From contig JAUPSS010000012.1 in NCBI GenBank assembly GCA_040285825.1, forward strand, positions 248,001 to 312,000: a stretch of DNA of 64,000 nt, in the 5' to 3' direction. The DNA is from Eukaryota sp. TZLM1-RC. Its lineage: Eukaryota > Protista > Metamonada: BaSk clade. A program made the position numbers and the translations under genes. The notes beneath the pieces are model-generated. The model was not told where the DNA came from and made no database searches. It worked only from the letters and a program-made list of their open reading frames with translations. Below are positions 13,385-25,390 of the stretch, in pieces. Numbering within the stretch: the first letter of the stretch is position 1; every line of letters begins with the position of its first letter.

Positions 13385-14450
13385 TATTTTTATTTTCAAC
13401 GATAACAAAACGTTAAAAAACTAGAACTCAATATCCTCAATACACGCATCAACATCATCAAATCTCTTAAGTGAGCGATTTTCATACTCTAATCCCAATT
13501 GTAACAGTGCTTTGGTTATGATTTCTGGAATTGCTTTAAGTATACTAAAAACAATTCTATTGTGCCAGAAATTAAAGTCCAATTCTTTTCTGCTCTTTCT
13601 TTTATGAAACATCAGAAACCTTCGAAAAAATTAATGCCAGACATTCCAATGTTACCAAAAAGAGAAACAGCAAACGGAACCAGCTGATACTTTACATGCT
13701 CAACACGTCTTAGCTGAGATAAGGGTTCGTTGTACTTTTTGATTTTGCTCTTTTCAGCAAAGCAAAGAGGAGTTTCATCCTTTTTAGCAAAATCAATTGC
13801 TGAATCCTTACAAACATCAACAGTGACAACATCAACAACTTTGATCACACTATTAGACCCAGGTGTAATTAAATCAGCACGGCGTTTCCCAAAAGTATTT
13901 TCATCTTCATTTTCAGGTGACAACTTACGCACAAGAGGTTCAACAAAAGCTTCAATGAAAGCCTTTTGCACATAGCGTACAGTTGGTCTCTAACAGCATC
14001 GTGAACAACTGAGCGATATGTAATATTAAATTTGCAATCAAATAAATGATTCAGATTGATAAGCTGACCACAACGACAAGTCAAATCATTTGGCTAACTG
14101 CACGGCCAAAGAATAAACCTCATTCCTAAGACAGTTGTCCATTGATGGTCATTTAACAAAATACCGTAAACTTTTGGAATTTGGGAACTGAGACAACTTG
14201 AGCTACTTTCCTTAAGATCAATTAAAAAGTTAGCAAAAATGGGATTCTTGTCCTTAGCCAAGCTAAGACGTACATCAAAATCCAAGTTTTCAAAAACTTT
14301 AAGTATTTTGTTCTACTATTTGGCGTATGTAAATCTGAAAGAAATCAAACTTCTGCGTGGAATTTGTTGAATATCGGTAGGACAGCATTTGCACCATATT
14401 TGAGGAGAGAGGCATGCGAATTCATTATACAAAGACACCAAATAAGCAAC
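13385..14450 (-). mobile_element. Degenerate 5'-truncated CRE-like element (family C)
   Basis: Frameshifted ORF pieces with CRCG..HLFDC, HDAVRD, EPL, RRAD, WHNRIVF, ending in EDIEF. Confidence 0.85.
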
Positions 14451-14489
14451 TGGTTACTGGGCAGAAACAAATTTTTGTGAGTTCCACCG

Positions 14490-15020
14490 ATTTTAATATC
14501 TCCTCTGACATTCAACGTGCTTGATATGATGGAACTGAACTAATAATCGATGTTGTACCACTATATCTCCGTGGAAAAGCAGTTTTAATTCTGACTTTAA
14601 ACATTTACTTAAAGTTGCAGAACATTCCAGGAAATCAAAATACGAAATTCTTCTTCAACGTCTCAATCGAACAAGAAGTAGAAACATTAAATTTGTTCCA
14701 ATTGCTATATCAATTTTTGGTACCATTGGAAGGGAAGGTCTTTATTTTTTAGATCATTTAGGAAAACTTCTCAAAGAAGGTGGTCGCACATTTGATATTT
14801 TGATTTGGAAGAACAGAATCGTATTTTCGTTACTCAAAGCTCTTCCTCGTTATATTAACCGCATTTTGAATAACATTACGGAGTTTTATAACAATCAGGT
14901 TGCTATACAAGTGAATTGCGAAAATCTCCCGTCATTTAATTGATGGGGTAGGAGTAGGTAAAAGCATTAGTTAAGGTTTGTTGTTGAGTTGTAAAATGTG
15001 ACTGTTCCAGAAATAAAATT
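14490..15020 (+). mobile_element. Degenerate CRE-like element (family E)
   Basis: DGTELIIDV..WKNRIVFSLLKALPRYIN is readable in fragments; similar to 20470-21150. Confidence 0.7.
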
Positions 15021-15259
15021 TATTTCTCCTCTGTCGGTACTGTTGATGATCCAGATATTTTTATCCATTTATTTCCACATGAACTTTCAATGTTGTTTAC
15101 TTTTGATAATTGTTTAAATAATTATCAACCACCTTAGACTGGTTTCACCTTATATCCAAAAATAATTAAAGTTAACTTCAATAAAAATTACCAAATTTAG
15201 TTCGTGACCAAAACGTTCAAACAGTTTTTGCGGAGATTGCGGTTAATATTTTTTTATTA

Positions 15260-15405
15260 AATTTATTAAACAACTTATAAATCAACATTTAAATAATCCA
15301 TCTCTCCCAAAACAAAACAACTAGATACAACTCTCTCAGAGTGAGATCCAAGAGAAAGCAAAGCATCAGAAACCATCTTCAACATCGCCTCAATAATGGA
15401 AAACC
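15260..15405 (-). mobile_element. 3' stub of CRE-like family A
   Basis: Nucleotide match to 35350-35480 (MLKMVSDALLSLGS..MDYLNVDL). Confidence 0.8.
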
Positions 15406-15679
15406 ACTGGTTAAGATAGACAAAATTATATGAAAGAATATTTATTGCTCAAATTGTAGTACTTGAATTGCTTTTTCAAACATGAGGAACCAGTGATGTT
15501 TTCCAAAGAAGTTTTTGAAACCACTTTATGGGTGGTCAAAATATTGAACAAAAAAGATTGTCATTTAAAATCAGATGAGAGCAAGTCTTGATGTCAATGA
15601 TTTTCTTCGACAGATATATACGAAAATTAAAGGTAAACTAGGCCAAAATGCTCGAACTTTGAGACTTATAATGGCTAAT

Positions 15680-18098
15680 ATTTATTTTTATTCAAACAAA
15701 ATTGTAAATAACTAAAAATCAATCTCCTCAAACTCCACATCTACTATTGAAAACTTACCTACAGCATTTTCTTCATAAAATTTGCCTAGTGATAACAACA
15801 AGCTAGAAACAAGGCTATACATTCCCTTAAAAATAGACACTACAATTCTGTTCTGACAGCAATCAGAATTATGATAGACAGCAAGCAGATCAAGATTTTG
15901 TAGAAGAAATCTTGGTTCAATGATAGTCGTCCCATTAGTTATGAGTTAATTTAATTAAGTGTGCAAATTCAATAAATTAAAGTTTTGCCAAAAGGTTCGG
16001 TCAAATATTCTTCCAGTATTATATATTTGACAATAAATGAGAAATTGTCCAAAAAAGATAACGCAGTTTTACCCAAGGTTTCAAATAAATAGTAGCAAAA
16101 GGACAAAGAAGATATTGAGTATGTGAGTTGGAATTCAGATTATTGATTTTTTCTGTGTACTTTATAATTTTCGCTTCTTCGACTCTACGTAGAGGTGAAT
16201 TATAAGACTGTGCCAGTTTTTCATTTGAGCTGTTTGATACATCAGTAGATCTGATATCAATAATGATCATTGATCCATCAGGTCCGGGAACTAGCACATC
16301 ACCACGGCTGTCACCAAATGAATTTCTGTCAGATTCATCAACCGGACTTGAAAGCAAAGGTTCTAAAAAAGATTCAATCTTGTAGGACTTAAACATACAA
16401 TATAGCTGATCACGAACTACATCATGCACTTTTGATCTCAAAGTAGTAAAACGATTACATTTAAATAAATGGCTTAGAGTGACAGTCTTTCCACAGTTAC
16501 AAATTAATCCATGAGGAAGATTATCAGGCCAATTAAAAGATCGAAAACGCATAGAAAATAAAAAGCAAGACCCATTGAGAAACAAACCATAATTTCTTGG
16601 TACTTGGTTATTTAAACAAATAAAAAATATATTAAGAATTATCACAAACATCCAGTAAAAATTTTGCAAAGGCGGGATTTGTGTGCTTAGCCATGCCAAG
16701 ACGTTCTTCATAATCTTAGCCTTCAAATATTACTGTCAGTTTTTGTTGAAGTTTCTTTACACAATACCTTAAATTCACTAAATTTCGTGGAGGAATCTCT
16801 TGAACTGAGTCGCAAAAACATTGACACCAAATTTCTGGTTCAATTTTATTAATGGCAACATCAAGGTCATACAAATATTTTGAAAATGATGGACTAAGCA
16901 AATGAATATCTTCAGGAAAACGATGGAGAAATTCAAAGATAATTTGTTTTCCACCACCAACAAAAGCTGCTTGACAAAGAATTGAAGATTTGGCAAAGCC
17001 AACACCTCCAAATTGTGAAGAAGAGAACAAGTGAGCTCGAATTAGCTTACGATTCGCTTCTAATAGGGAAGCAAAGAAAGTTGCACGAAGTTGATTAAAT
17101 GATCGGCAGAAATCGATAAACAATGAAGGTGCTGTCGACTTCAATAAGTGAGTAATTTTCCGGAGTAACAGATTTTTAAAATAAAAAATTTGATAATTAT
17201 TTCAATTTCTAATTCAGAAATAAATTGAAGCTCAGTGCCAAGTTTTGCAACAATTTCGTTAAGATTTTTAGTAATTTCATCAACATTTCCTAACGAACAT
17301 CCTAGAAAACGAAAAACATCTGGTGAATAATTGGTAAAAGGAATTCTACAATTATTAATTATAAACTCTTGGAAATCATTACCAATTAATGAACATTTTA
17401 TAGGATTCAAGTGAACCATTGAATCAAATTTTGATTCACCATTGTTACTTTTTGTAACCAATGATTTCATATTGTTCAGCAATTTGATTTGAAGCTTTTT
17501 GGACAACATCAAAAGGACCAATAAGGGAGATGCCATCCATGTAACCCACAATTTTGAGAGAAGGGTATTTTTCATTAATGACAATCAATGATTATTGGAC
17601 TGCTATGCAAAATAATAATGGATTTGAAGGATCCCTGTGTTTTACATCTGATGAAGACTTGAGAGAAAATACATCATATACTAATTCACTGGGTCTATCG
17701 TAAAACAAATAGAATCAACTTGATAGTTCAAGGAAATGTTTTTGAATTACTTCGTAAATTGCTTTTCTTTTTACACTATTAAAAGTGTTGCTAAAATCTA
17801 AATTGAAAATAAAATTGATTCCATGGGAGTTCAAGAACAAGTCTGGTGTCAGAGCAGCGACTGAAGCTCCATCAATCGTTTGAATCCCAAATTGCATTGG
17901 AGACAAAAATTTGCCAGCCTTTTTAACAATTCTATTAAATATAACTGAGGCAAACAAACGAGATAGAGATTCAACAGGTTTTACTAAAGCAATTAGACGT
18001 GCAGCAGTAAGCTCAGGAGGAGGAACGACTTTCAATGAAACCATTTGTTGAAAATATAAAGCTAAATCATCTGCAATTTCAGGTTTCTCATTGCAGGC
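15680..18098 (-). mobile_element. Degenerate CRE-like element (family B): RT plus RLE with many frameshifts, interrupted by a nested insert at ~15856-15981
   Basis: ARLIALVKP, LDFSNTFNSV, a decayed QG(D)P motif, MD motif, CNCG..HLFKC and RGDV, ending in EEIDF*. Colinear with ORF 35350..37851. Confidence 0.88.
15856..15981 (+). repeat. Short dispersed repeat (family G, 3' stub of a non-LTR element), nested in family B
   Basis: GACAGCAAGCAGATCAAGATTTTGTAGAAGAAATCTTGGTTCAATGA...CAATAAA; also found at ~35.2, 39.2 and 56.2 kb. Confidence 0.8.
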
Positions 18099-19044
18099 GA
18101 TATGGTGAAACCTATTTTATGAATGTTTGAACATGAACTAAATAGTATTCGAACTGTTGACTTCAACAGTATCAGTATCATCCTTAAAAAATTTGTTAAT
18201 GTTATATGTAATCCACTAAAAATTCAAAAAGTTGTTGAGGAAGATGTTGTTCAAGAGCTTGAGAATGAACAAGAGGAGTCAAACAAAGAAGTTGAAAAAT
18301 GGAACTCATTACTCATGGATTGACAGGCCACTGATGTGATTGCATTATCAGAGATTTTATCAATTTCAATCAGAGACAGACTATTATATCAGAAAATTCT
18401 GTTAAAGACGTTAACAACATATTCCCTTTGAAAAAATTCAACAGTGCACTTTTAAACTAAGCCAAACATCATTTAAAGCATCAATTGTTGGCGAGGTACA
18501 ATTCAATGAAATCATTGTTCATCCAATTTGCAACAGAATGCAAAAGTGTAAATGATATGCTTCAGCAAATGACTTCAAGTTGACCACCCCTAAATCCAAA
18601 GAGAAAGTCAAAGAATAATCAGTCAAATAGGACAAAGGTAAGGGAAATTTCTTACCAAATAAGTCAATCATATTGAGTCCACAGGAATCAATATGACTGA
18701 AGCAGAAAGAAAATAATGTGAAAAATTCAAACCAATAAGATGTGCATGGAAAAAATAAAGAAAAATTGAAAAAAACTAAAAACTAAGAATCCAAAAAAAA
18801 AGCATTTAATGAAAAAAAGACAAACTAATTATTGATTCCTACACTGCTGATAGAAAAAACATTGAACTTCAAACAGAGAAGTTGAGAGAAACGGAAACAA
18901 ATTACTTGAACTCGATCATTTTTAGGATTGAGAGCAGTGAATAATCCTTCAAAAATGAGGTTATAAAATAAAATAAAGGTGAAGAGGAAATCATTAAATC
19001 TCTTCCCAATTTCATTCCAAGAATTGAATTTACCATTTACGCAA

Positions 19045-19642
19045 GCCGAGGTATATATAAATAAATAAGAGAATGAGGCCGTTTGGGTTAACCGATTATA
19101 AGCAAAGTTGAAGGCTGATGCTCAACATATTGTAATAAGTTTTGGTGATTGGGACGCTGAGATAAACCAAAAAGGTAAATACCTCATAACCAGAGGTTAT
19201 GGGCTAAGAAGAATTGTGTGAAAGGCTGGCATACAAATATACTTGGTAGACGAGTATCGTACCAGTAAAAGATGTGTTGCTCGTGTTGAGGATCATCGCA
19301 AAGGTAATACCAAATGTGATGTAAAGGTCAAAGAATAAATACCTATAAAAGATTCCAACATAAGCAGAAGATGTTAAAGAATGACTTACGAGTGGCTAAA
19401 AAACAGTATCATGAAGTTGATCCTATTCAAAATCTTGAAAACAAAATTCAAGATCTTTAACACAATTGGAATCTAAAAAAAGTGGTGGTGTCAAACTAGC
19501 CCCATGCCAAGGACTGCTACACTGTCAAAACAGTGAATGTGGCGTCTATTGGGAAAGGTATGTTAGCAGTACTCTAATCATGTTCAGGATTACATACTCT
19601 CGTATTCATGATAATTGTAGACCAATGGTATTGTAGCAGTAA
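19045..19642 (+). pseudogene. Decayed Fanzor1 (TnpB-like RNA-guided endonuclease), C-terminal half
   Basis: Frame 1 reads YINK*ENEAVWVNRL*AKLKADAQHIVISFGDW..KGKYLITRGYGLRRIV*KAGIQIYLVDEYRTSKRC. Frame 2 reads CQGLLHCQNSECGVYWERYVSSTLIMFRI..RPMVL*. These match the GDW, RuvC-II (VDEYRTS..C), Zn-finger and RuvC-III (W.RD....N) motifs of Fanzor1. Confidence 0.85.
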
Positions 19643-19770
19643 GTGTGGGAATGAATGTTAAGAGTATTGGAATTTCCAATAAATAAATAAATAAATCTTA
19701 ATTCCAATTTGGAATTAAGATTTATTAGCACACGAATCCACGGAATTGATACATTTTTTGAGTCACCAAC

Positions 19771-20340
19771 ATGCACTCCATTTCTTTACTGATAGCGGGG
19801 GATGCTAGTACAGGCAAGACATCTATTCTACACACCTTCTTGAACGGCGAATTTCCTACATCTTCTGTTGCGACGATTGGTGTGAACTACCTTACTCGTA
19901 ATGTGACAATAAATGATTCATCCATCTCCCTTAAGCTCTACGACAGCTCTGGTCAGGACAGGTATCGCAGTCTCACCATGAGTTCCTTCCGTCAAGTTCA
20001 ATCCGTAGTTTTTGTTTTTGATGTCACCAGCCGAGCCAGTTTTGAATCTCTTCAAACTTGGATCACTGACGCCATGAACTACTGTCCAGAAGACTTTATT
20101 GGAGTAATTGTTGGCAACAAGACAGACCTTCAACAACACAGACAAGTAGAGACAATTCAAGCTGAAAAGTTTGCTGAACAGTTCAACATGGCGTACATTG
20201 AGACTTCGGCAAAGAAGAATCAGCGCATTTCTGAAGTTTTTGAAACTATTGCGAGCCAGTACCTGGAGAATGGTGTTTTCGACAATACACCTGAGTCTAA
20301 CGTAGAGTTGAGTAGTACGAGGACCAGATGTGGTTGTTGA
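19771..20340 (+). CDS. Rab-family small GTPase (divergent)
   Basis: GDASTGKTS, YDSSGQDRYRSL, GNKTDL, ETSAK and a C-terminal CGC prenylation motif. Confidence 0.92.
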   Translation: MHSISLLIAGDASTGKTSILHTFLNGEFPTSSVATIGVNYLTRNVTINDSSISLKLYDSSGQDRYRSLTMSSFRQVQSVVFVFDVTSRASFESLQTWITDAMNYCPEDFIGVIVGNKTDLQQHRQVETIQAEKFAEQFNMAYIETSAKKNQRISEVFETIASQYLENGVFDNTPESNVELSSTRTRCGC

Positions 20341-20469
20341 TTTTCTTAGTGTTATTGTTTAGTTATTGTACATTTCAGTTTTAAAGGGTTTTTTGGTTTT
20401 TTTATGCTTTAGTCTTTTTAGGAAAAGTATACTTCTGTTATTGAGAATTTGTGTTGTATTACCTTTTTT

Positions 20470-21150
20470 CAGATATTCGATTTTTGACAATCATGCGAAT
20501 CAGACTTAATCTACCTCCTCCTCAATGCTCATCAAATATGAAATGTAAATGTGGTGCTCATGCTTCTTTTGATCACCTTATTTCCTGCTGTAAATCACTC
20601 AAAAAAGATCAATTATCCTGGATAATTACGAACTGCATTGTGGATAATTTATCCACAATGCAGTTCGTGATTGTATTGATGATCTTCTAAAATGTGCTCA
20701 TCATGCAATTCGTTTGAAACCTCTGTTTGATGAATCAAATTTCAGTTTGAGCCAAAAACGAGGTGATATTCAATGCGTTGGTATGATGGAACTGAACTAA
20801 TTATCGATTGTACTACCGTATCTCCACCGAAAAGGCGTTCCAATTCCGACATTTAACATTTACTCAAAGTTACTGAGCTTTCCAAGAAATCTTTGGGAAA
20901 ACTTCTGACTGAAAGCGGTACATTTGATTTTTTGATTTGAAAGAACAGAATTGTATTTTCGTAACTGAAAATATTCCTCGTTATATTAACTCCATTTTGA
21001 ATAACATTACGGAGTTTTATAACAAGCGAATTCTTATTCAAGTAAATAGCGAAAGCCTCCCGTCATTCAATTGATGGGGTTTTTAGTAGGTAAAAGCATT
21101 AGTTGAGGTTTTTGGTTAAGTTTTAAAATGTGCCTGTTCCAGCAATACTT
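20470..21150 (+). mobile_element. Degenerate CRE-like element (family E)
   Basis: MRIRLNL..CKCG..HLISCC, HNAVRD, KRGDI and KNRIVF; the 3' part is nearly identical to 14520-15010. Confidence 0.78.
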
Positions 21151-21628
21151 TTTTTATTAATTAAGAAATTATCTAAATCATGGGAAACGAGATAGATTAA
21201 CCAATTACCTGCAAAATTTAAGTACTTTCAAATTCAATATTATATTCATCTTCAGCAAGATGGGTCACAGTAGAGGTTATTTATACCACCAACAATATTG
21301 TTTAGTCCACAGTTGATATGAAAGTCACAACTGCAAACAATTCGTTCTTGTGAACACTACGAGCAATCTCCTGGTTCTGAAAACGGTACCTCTAGATGCA
21401 ACAACAAACTTAAATAATGACCGTAGGACTTACGTTAATACCTCAACGTTTGTGGATAAACCACGGCGACAGTATTGATATGGCAACGAAAATGGATTCG
21501 ATTGGAAATCGATTTATGAGAATTTAGATTTGACCCATTCATCAATTTTGATTGAACAATTGATTGACAGTAACTGACAATGGTTAAGACTGACGAGAAC
21601 AAAAATAGATTAACGGTTATTTTCGATA

Positions 21629-22373
21629 ATGTCCAACTTGAGGTAAGTTCTTCAATTGTTGAACACAGGAGGAAATGGTGCAGGGGTATTGTTATCGTGC
21701 TAATCATTGTTGCTATTGGGGTCTTTTTCACAAACAATACTCGCCCACGCCTTTATACACGATTCCAGGTCTCCGAAGATTGGATTACTGGTGATGGAAT
21801 ACTAGTAACAGAGACTTTTTCAGTCGACATTATCAATCGACTGATGTACGAATAACTACAGCATGATGGTGAGATAATTCAACTGTGGTACAATTCGGAA
21901 GATGGAGAAACATTTTACATCAATATCAATGATCAAAACGGTACATGTTATCGGTGGACCTCACCCAAACGGTCAGTATCACTTGACATAATGTTCTCCT
22001 ACTTCCTACCCACGGCTGATGCAGAAAGAAGCGACAGCCAAATCTATGCTGATCTTCAAGATTGGTGTCAAGTTTACACATCAACTAGGAAAGCAGATAT
22101 CCCTTTCTTCCAGCATAACCAACTGACCTTCTTTTGGTGTGTCAAAGACAGATTTGTACACTCTCTATCAATCCACTCACCCACACTTATCAACACTTCA
22201 TTGTTTTACAATCACATGTATGAAATTACTCTTACACTGATCACAGAGCATTGAGCAGGACTGATCAACGGTTTGCATACCACAGAATTTGCCACAACGT
22301 AATCCACCTGGAAGATGAACCACGTTTCCCGTACATGAACACACTACTTGACCGCGAAAGATTCAAAGTTTGA
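21629..22373 (+). pseudogene. Ependymin-like membrane-anchored protein, paralog of 46713..47478, with an in-frame TAA at 21853 (introns 21643-21668, 22218-22246)
   Basis: YFLPTADAERSDS..CQVY..WCVKDRFVH aligns with YALPTDDAEKKDS..CDVY..WCVADRFVH. Both intron positions are shared with the paralog; one premature stop. Confidence 0.75.
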
Positions 22374-23367
22374 AATGATTTAACCACCAAAAAGGTCCCT
22401 TTAGCCAATGTCGGCGATTTTGGGTCAAAGATTTAAAAGTTTTAACCTTTGGTATACAAGATAACGATGATGTCAACTTTTCTTTGATCCTACTGGCAGC
22501 AAGAAGACCACTTTCTCAGTACTTCTGACCACTATCCAATGTTGAATAACCTTAATAATGTACCTGAACAATATGGTGATATACTACTGTTATTTGGAAG
22601 TCATTGCTGTATTTGCTTCAATTCAAAAGTTAATTGAATTGGTTTTATAAATACCGGGCAAAATTCCTCGAACAGAATGTTGTGTGGATTTACAACATTA
22701 GTGTGGGATTAAGATAGTTCGAATAGCTTGGACAGTAATTAATAATTAATATTATTAATTAATTAGATGTGGACATAGAATAGATTGTTTTTGAATGCAA
22801 TTGGTGTAAATACTATCAATAATGTCATAATTATCAACAACTCTTGTTTTTTTTCTTGGATTTTCTGTTGTTTTTGCTACAATAATTTTGAATAATGAGT
22901 GACAAACCAAAAACAGATAGTAGAAAAAGTTCAATAAATAATAAATAGGAATGTGGATCCAAACTGAAATCAATTAAGGTAATATTTAAATATTCAAAAT
23001 ATTTTTCCATCACAAAAAGGTATATTTGAATAAACAAATACAATTTATTTGAAGAAAAATGTCTTTGTATAATGATTGGCTTGTGAATGGAAAGATAAAT
23101 AAACCTAAAATAAATGAAAAAATAAATTAAATTAATTAATTATATTAACATTTTGAATTTGGTGAAGGAAGATCTTTTGTCGTTGTCTCAATTTGATTTA
23201 TTTATTGTGTTGTAACTGAATTTTGGTTTGGAAGATTGTTGAAACTTTGATATAATGTCTTTTAAAAGTTTTTACTTAGCCTCTATTTCAACTTTATAAA
23301 AAAGCCATCCAATTTTAATGAGAAATGGGTAAACAAAAAACCAAAAAAAAGTTAAATTACAGAGTAT

Positions 23368-24357
23368 TTATTCAATTACAAGATCCATTGCCACATAACC
23401 AAAACTTCCAAAACCAGCAAGTAAATGACCAAGTTTTGTTAACCAATACAGTAAGTTACCAGGAGGCAGATCAAGTTTCGAGTCACGCTCAGCCCGGGTC
23501 AATTCAACCTCATTCTCGTAATCACCTTCCCAAGTAACTGTAGACTCTACAGTAGGGTCTACAGTAGAATCGTCAAGAACAAACTCTTCGTCATCAGAGT
23601 CATCATCATTGACTTCTAAAGACTTCAACGATGCTGATTTATAAATAAATGTGGTAAAAACGTAATATGAAAATCTTAAAAACACCAATACAAATACTGC
23701 CAAACTAAGAGAAAAAGCAATGAATTTGGGTTGTAACTGATTCCTCACAACAAGATCAGGAAGTAACACCATGGTGATTCTCTCGAGTACTTCTAAAACC
23801 TTGGTGCATGGATAGCAAGATTCAAAAGGTGTGAACAGTAGAATTCTAAAGAAAAACAAACTCAATGATGAGATAAAGCTTGCTAGATAAGTTATTTGCA
23901 ACGGGGCTTGGGAACGGATGATGTAAATTACCAAGAAGAAAAGATGAGGAAGGATGAAGAACAGAGTAAGCGAACGTACAGAAGAGCATGAGAGTAGGAT
24001 GGAATAGCGGTAGATAAAGGAGAGAGTTAGGAGCAGTAGTTTGAAGAGGTCAGACTGAGAGGCGTAGAAGAGAGAGGTGATGAGTGTGGTGATTATAAGA
24101 ATGGACGTGTAAAAGAAGCGGATAGAAGAAGGGACATCAGAAGCATGGTCAGTAGGAACAGCCCACATAGAGAGTAGAACACCAGAGGAGAGAAGATTGA
24201 GCGTGTAGAGACATGCATGGCGAATGAAGTTCTTACTTCGACTTAATGGAAGGGAATAGAAAAGACCAACAACTACAAACTGTAACAAGGTGGCTGTCAC
24301 CATGCCATTTGCAGAGAGTAGGAAACTACCATGGTTGGGAAAGAAGTCGTCAAGCAT
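23368..24357 (-). CDS. Uncharacterised multi-pass membrane protein
   Basis: 329-aa ATG-initiated ORF with about 7 hydrophobic segments and an acidic C-terminal region. Confidence 0.65.
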   Translation of the reverse strand: MLDDFFPNHGSFLLSANGMVTATLLQFVVVGLFYSLPLSRSKNFIRHACLYTLNLLSSGVLLSMWAVPTDHASDVPSSIRFFYTSILIITTLITSLFYASQSDLFKLLLLTLSFIYRYSILLSCSSVRSLTLFFILPHLFFLVIYIIRSQAPLQITYLASFISSLSLFFFRILLFTPFESCYPCTKVLEVLERITMVLLPDLVVRNQLQPKFIAFSLSLAVFVLVFLRFSYYVFTTFIYKSASLKSLEVNDDDSDDEEFVLDDSTVDPTVESTVTWEGDYENEVELTRAERDSKLDLPPGNLLYWLTKLGHLLAGFGSFGYVAMDLVIE

Positions 24358-24414
24358 GTGGACCGTTATTAATGATTGGAAAAGTATTCAAAAAGTTTTT
24401 GCTTAATTTAACAG

Positions 24415-24755
24415 ATTTATTTAATATAAAGAATTTATAAATCAACATCTAAATAATCCATCGCTCCCAAAACACAACAAGTAGATGCAACTCTCTCATA
24501 ATAAGATCCAAGAGAAAGCAGAGCATCAGAAAACATCTTCAACATCGCCTTAAAAATAGAAAACACAATTCTATTTTGCCAAAACAATTTGTTCAAATTT
24601 CGATTGGTTCTTTTCTTTACAATCATTTCAAAATCTGCCAAAAAAACGTAAAACGGAGGGGGTCAGTGATCCAAATAGAGAAAATACAAATGGATACAAA
24701 TTGTATTTTGTATGCTGTTGGGTAGACAATTTGGGCAAATGTTCACTGTATTTTT
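24415..24755 (-). mobile_element. CRE-like family A 3' fragment
   Basis: DFEMIVKKRTNRN..WQNRIVFSIFK..MDYLDVDL; nucleotide match to 35350-35670. Confidence 0.85.
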
Positions 24756-24832
24756 TTAGCTGATTTAATTTATTCCAACGAGAAACTAAAAAAAGTTAAA
24801 TCCTAAATTTAAATTTTTTAAACTAAATAATC

Positions 24833-25390
24833 TTATTCCAAATCAGCCAAAAAGTATTGACTGGAACTTTTTGCTTCATAAAAGCGACCAAGAAATGATA
24901 TATCAGAAGATAATAAGGGCACAACACCTTTATAAATTGAAAATACAATTCTGTTCTGCCAAAACGTTTTGTCAAAAATTCTTCCTGTACGTTGTTTCAC
25001 AATTTCAATAAAATCAGCCATGAAAGATAAAGCATGTGGTCCAAGCGTGTCATGTAGGGAAAAAGCCAATGGACAAAGGAATTAATGAGTATGCGATTCA
25101 GCATTCAAGGATATCAACTTTGCTCTACATTTATCAACTTTAGAAATTTCGGCAACAGACTGCAAATTCCTGTCTTTTGACTGAGCCAACGGTATAAAAG
25201 AATTATTACACACATCAGTCGATCTCACATCAGTAATGATAGTCGTCCCTTCATGAGCTTCAAGCATTAAATCACCTCTATTTCGACCAATAGAATTCAA
25301 AGTATCTTTTCCTATTTTCAGGTAATGTTGAAGTTTGCTTCTGGTGCAATACCTTCTCTCGGATTTCACTATGACAGAGTTGCATCCAGT
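24833..25390 (-). mobile_element. CRE-like family B2 3' fragment
   Basis: RGDLML..ITDVRSTDVC and RTGRIFDKTFWQNRIVFSIYKG. Confidence 0.8.

Noticed and set aside
18100-19040. Decayed minus-strand gene (possibly LRR/F-box-like)
   Set aside because: Long semi-open frames but no motif firm enough to name.
15680-19642. Fanzor carried as cargo by the adjacent CRE element
   Set aside because: CRE homology ends at ~18098. About 950 bp of unrelated decayed sequence intervenes, the orientations are opposite and no shared TSD is visible.
21853-21855. Stop-codon reassignment (TAA=Gln) explaining the in-frame stop
   Set aside because: Conserved genes end at TAA, TAG and TGA at the expected positions, and long ORFs contain no internal stops.
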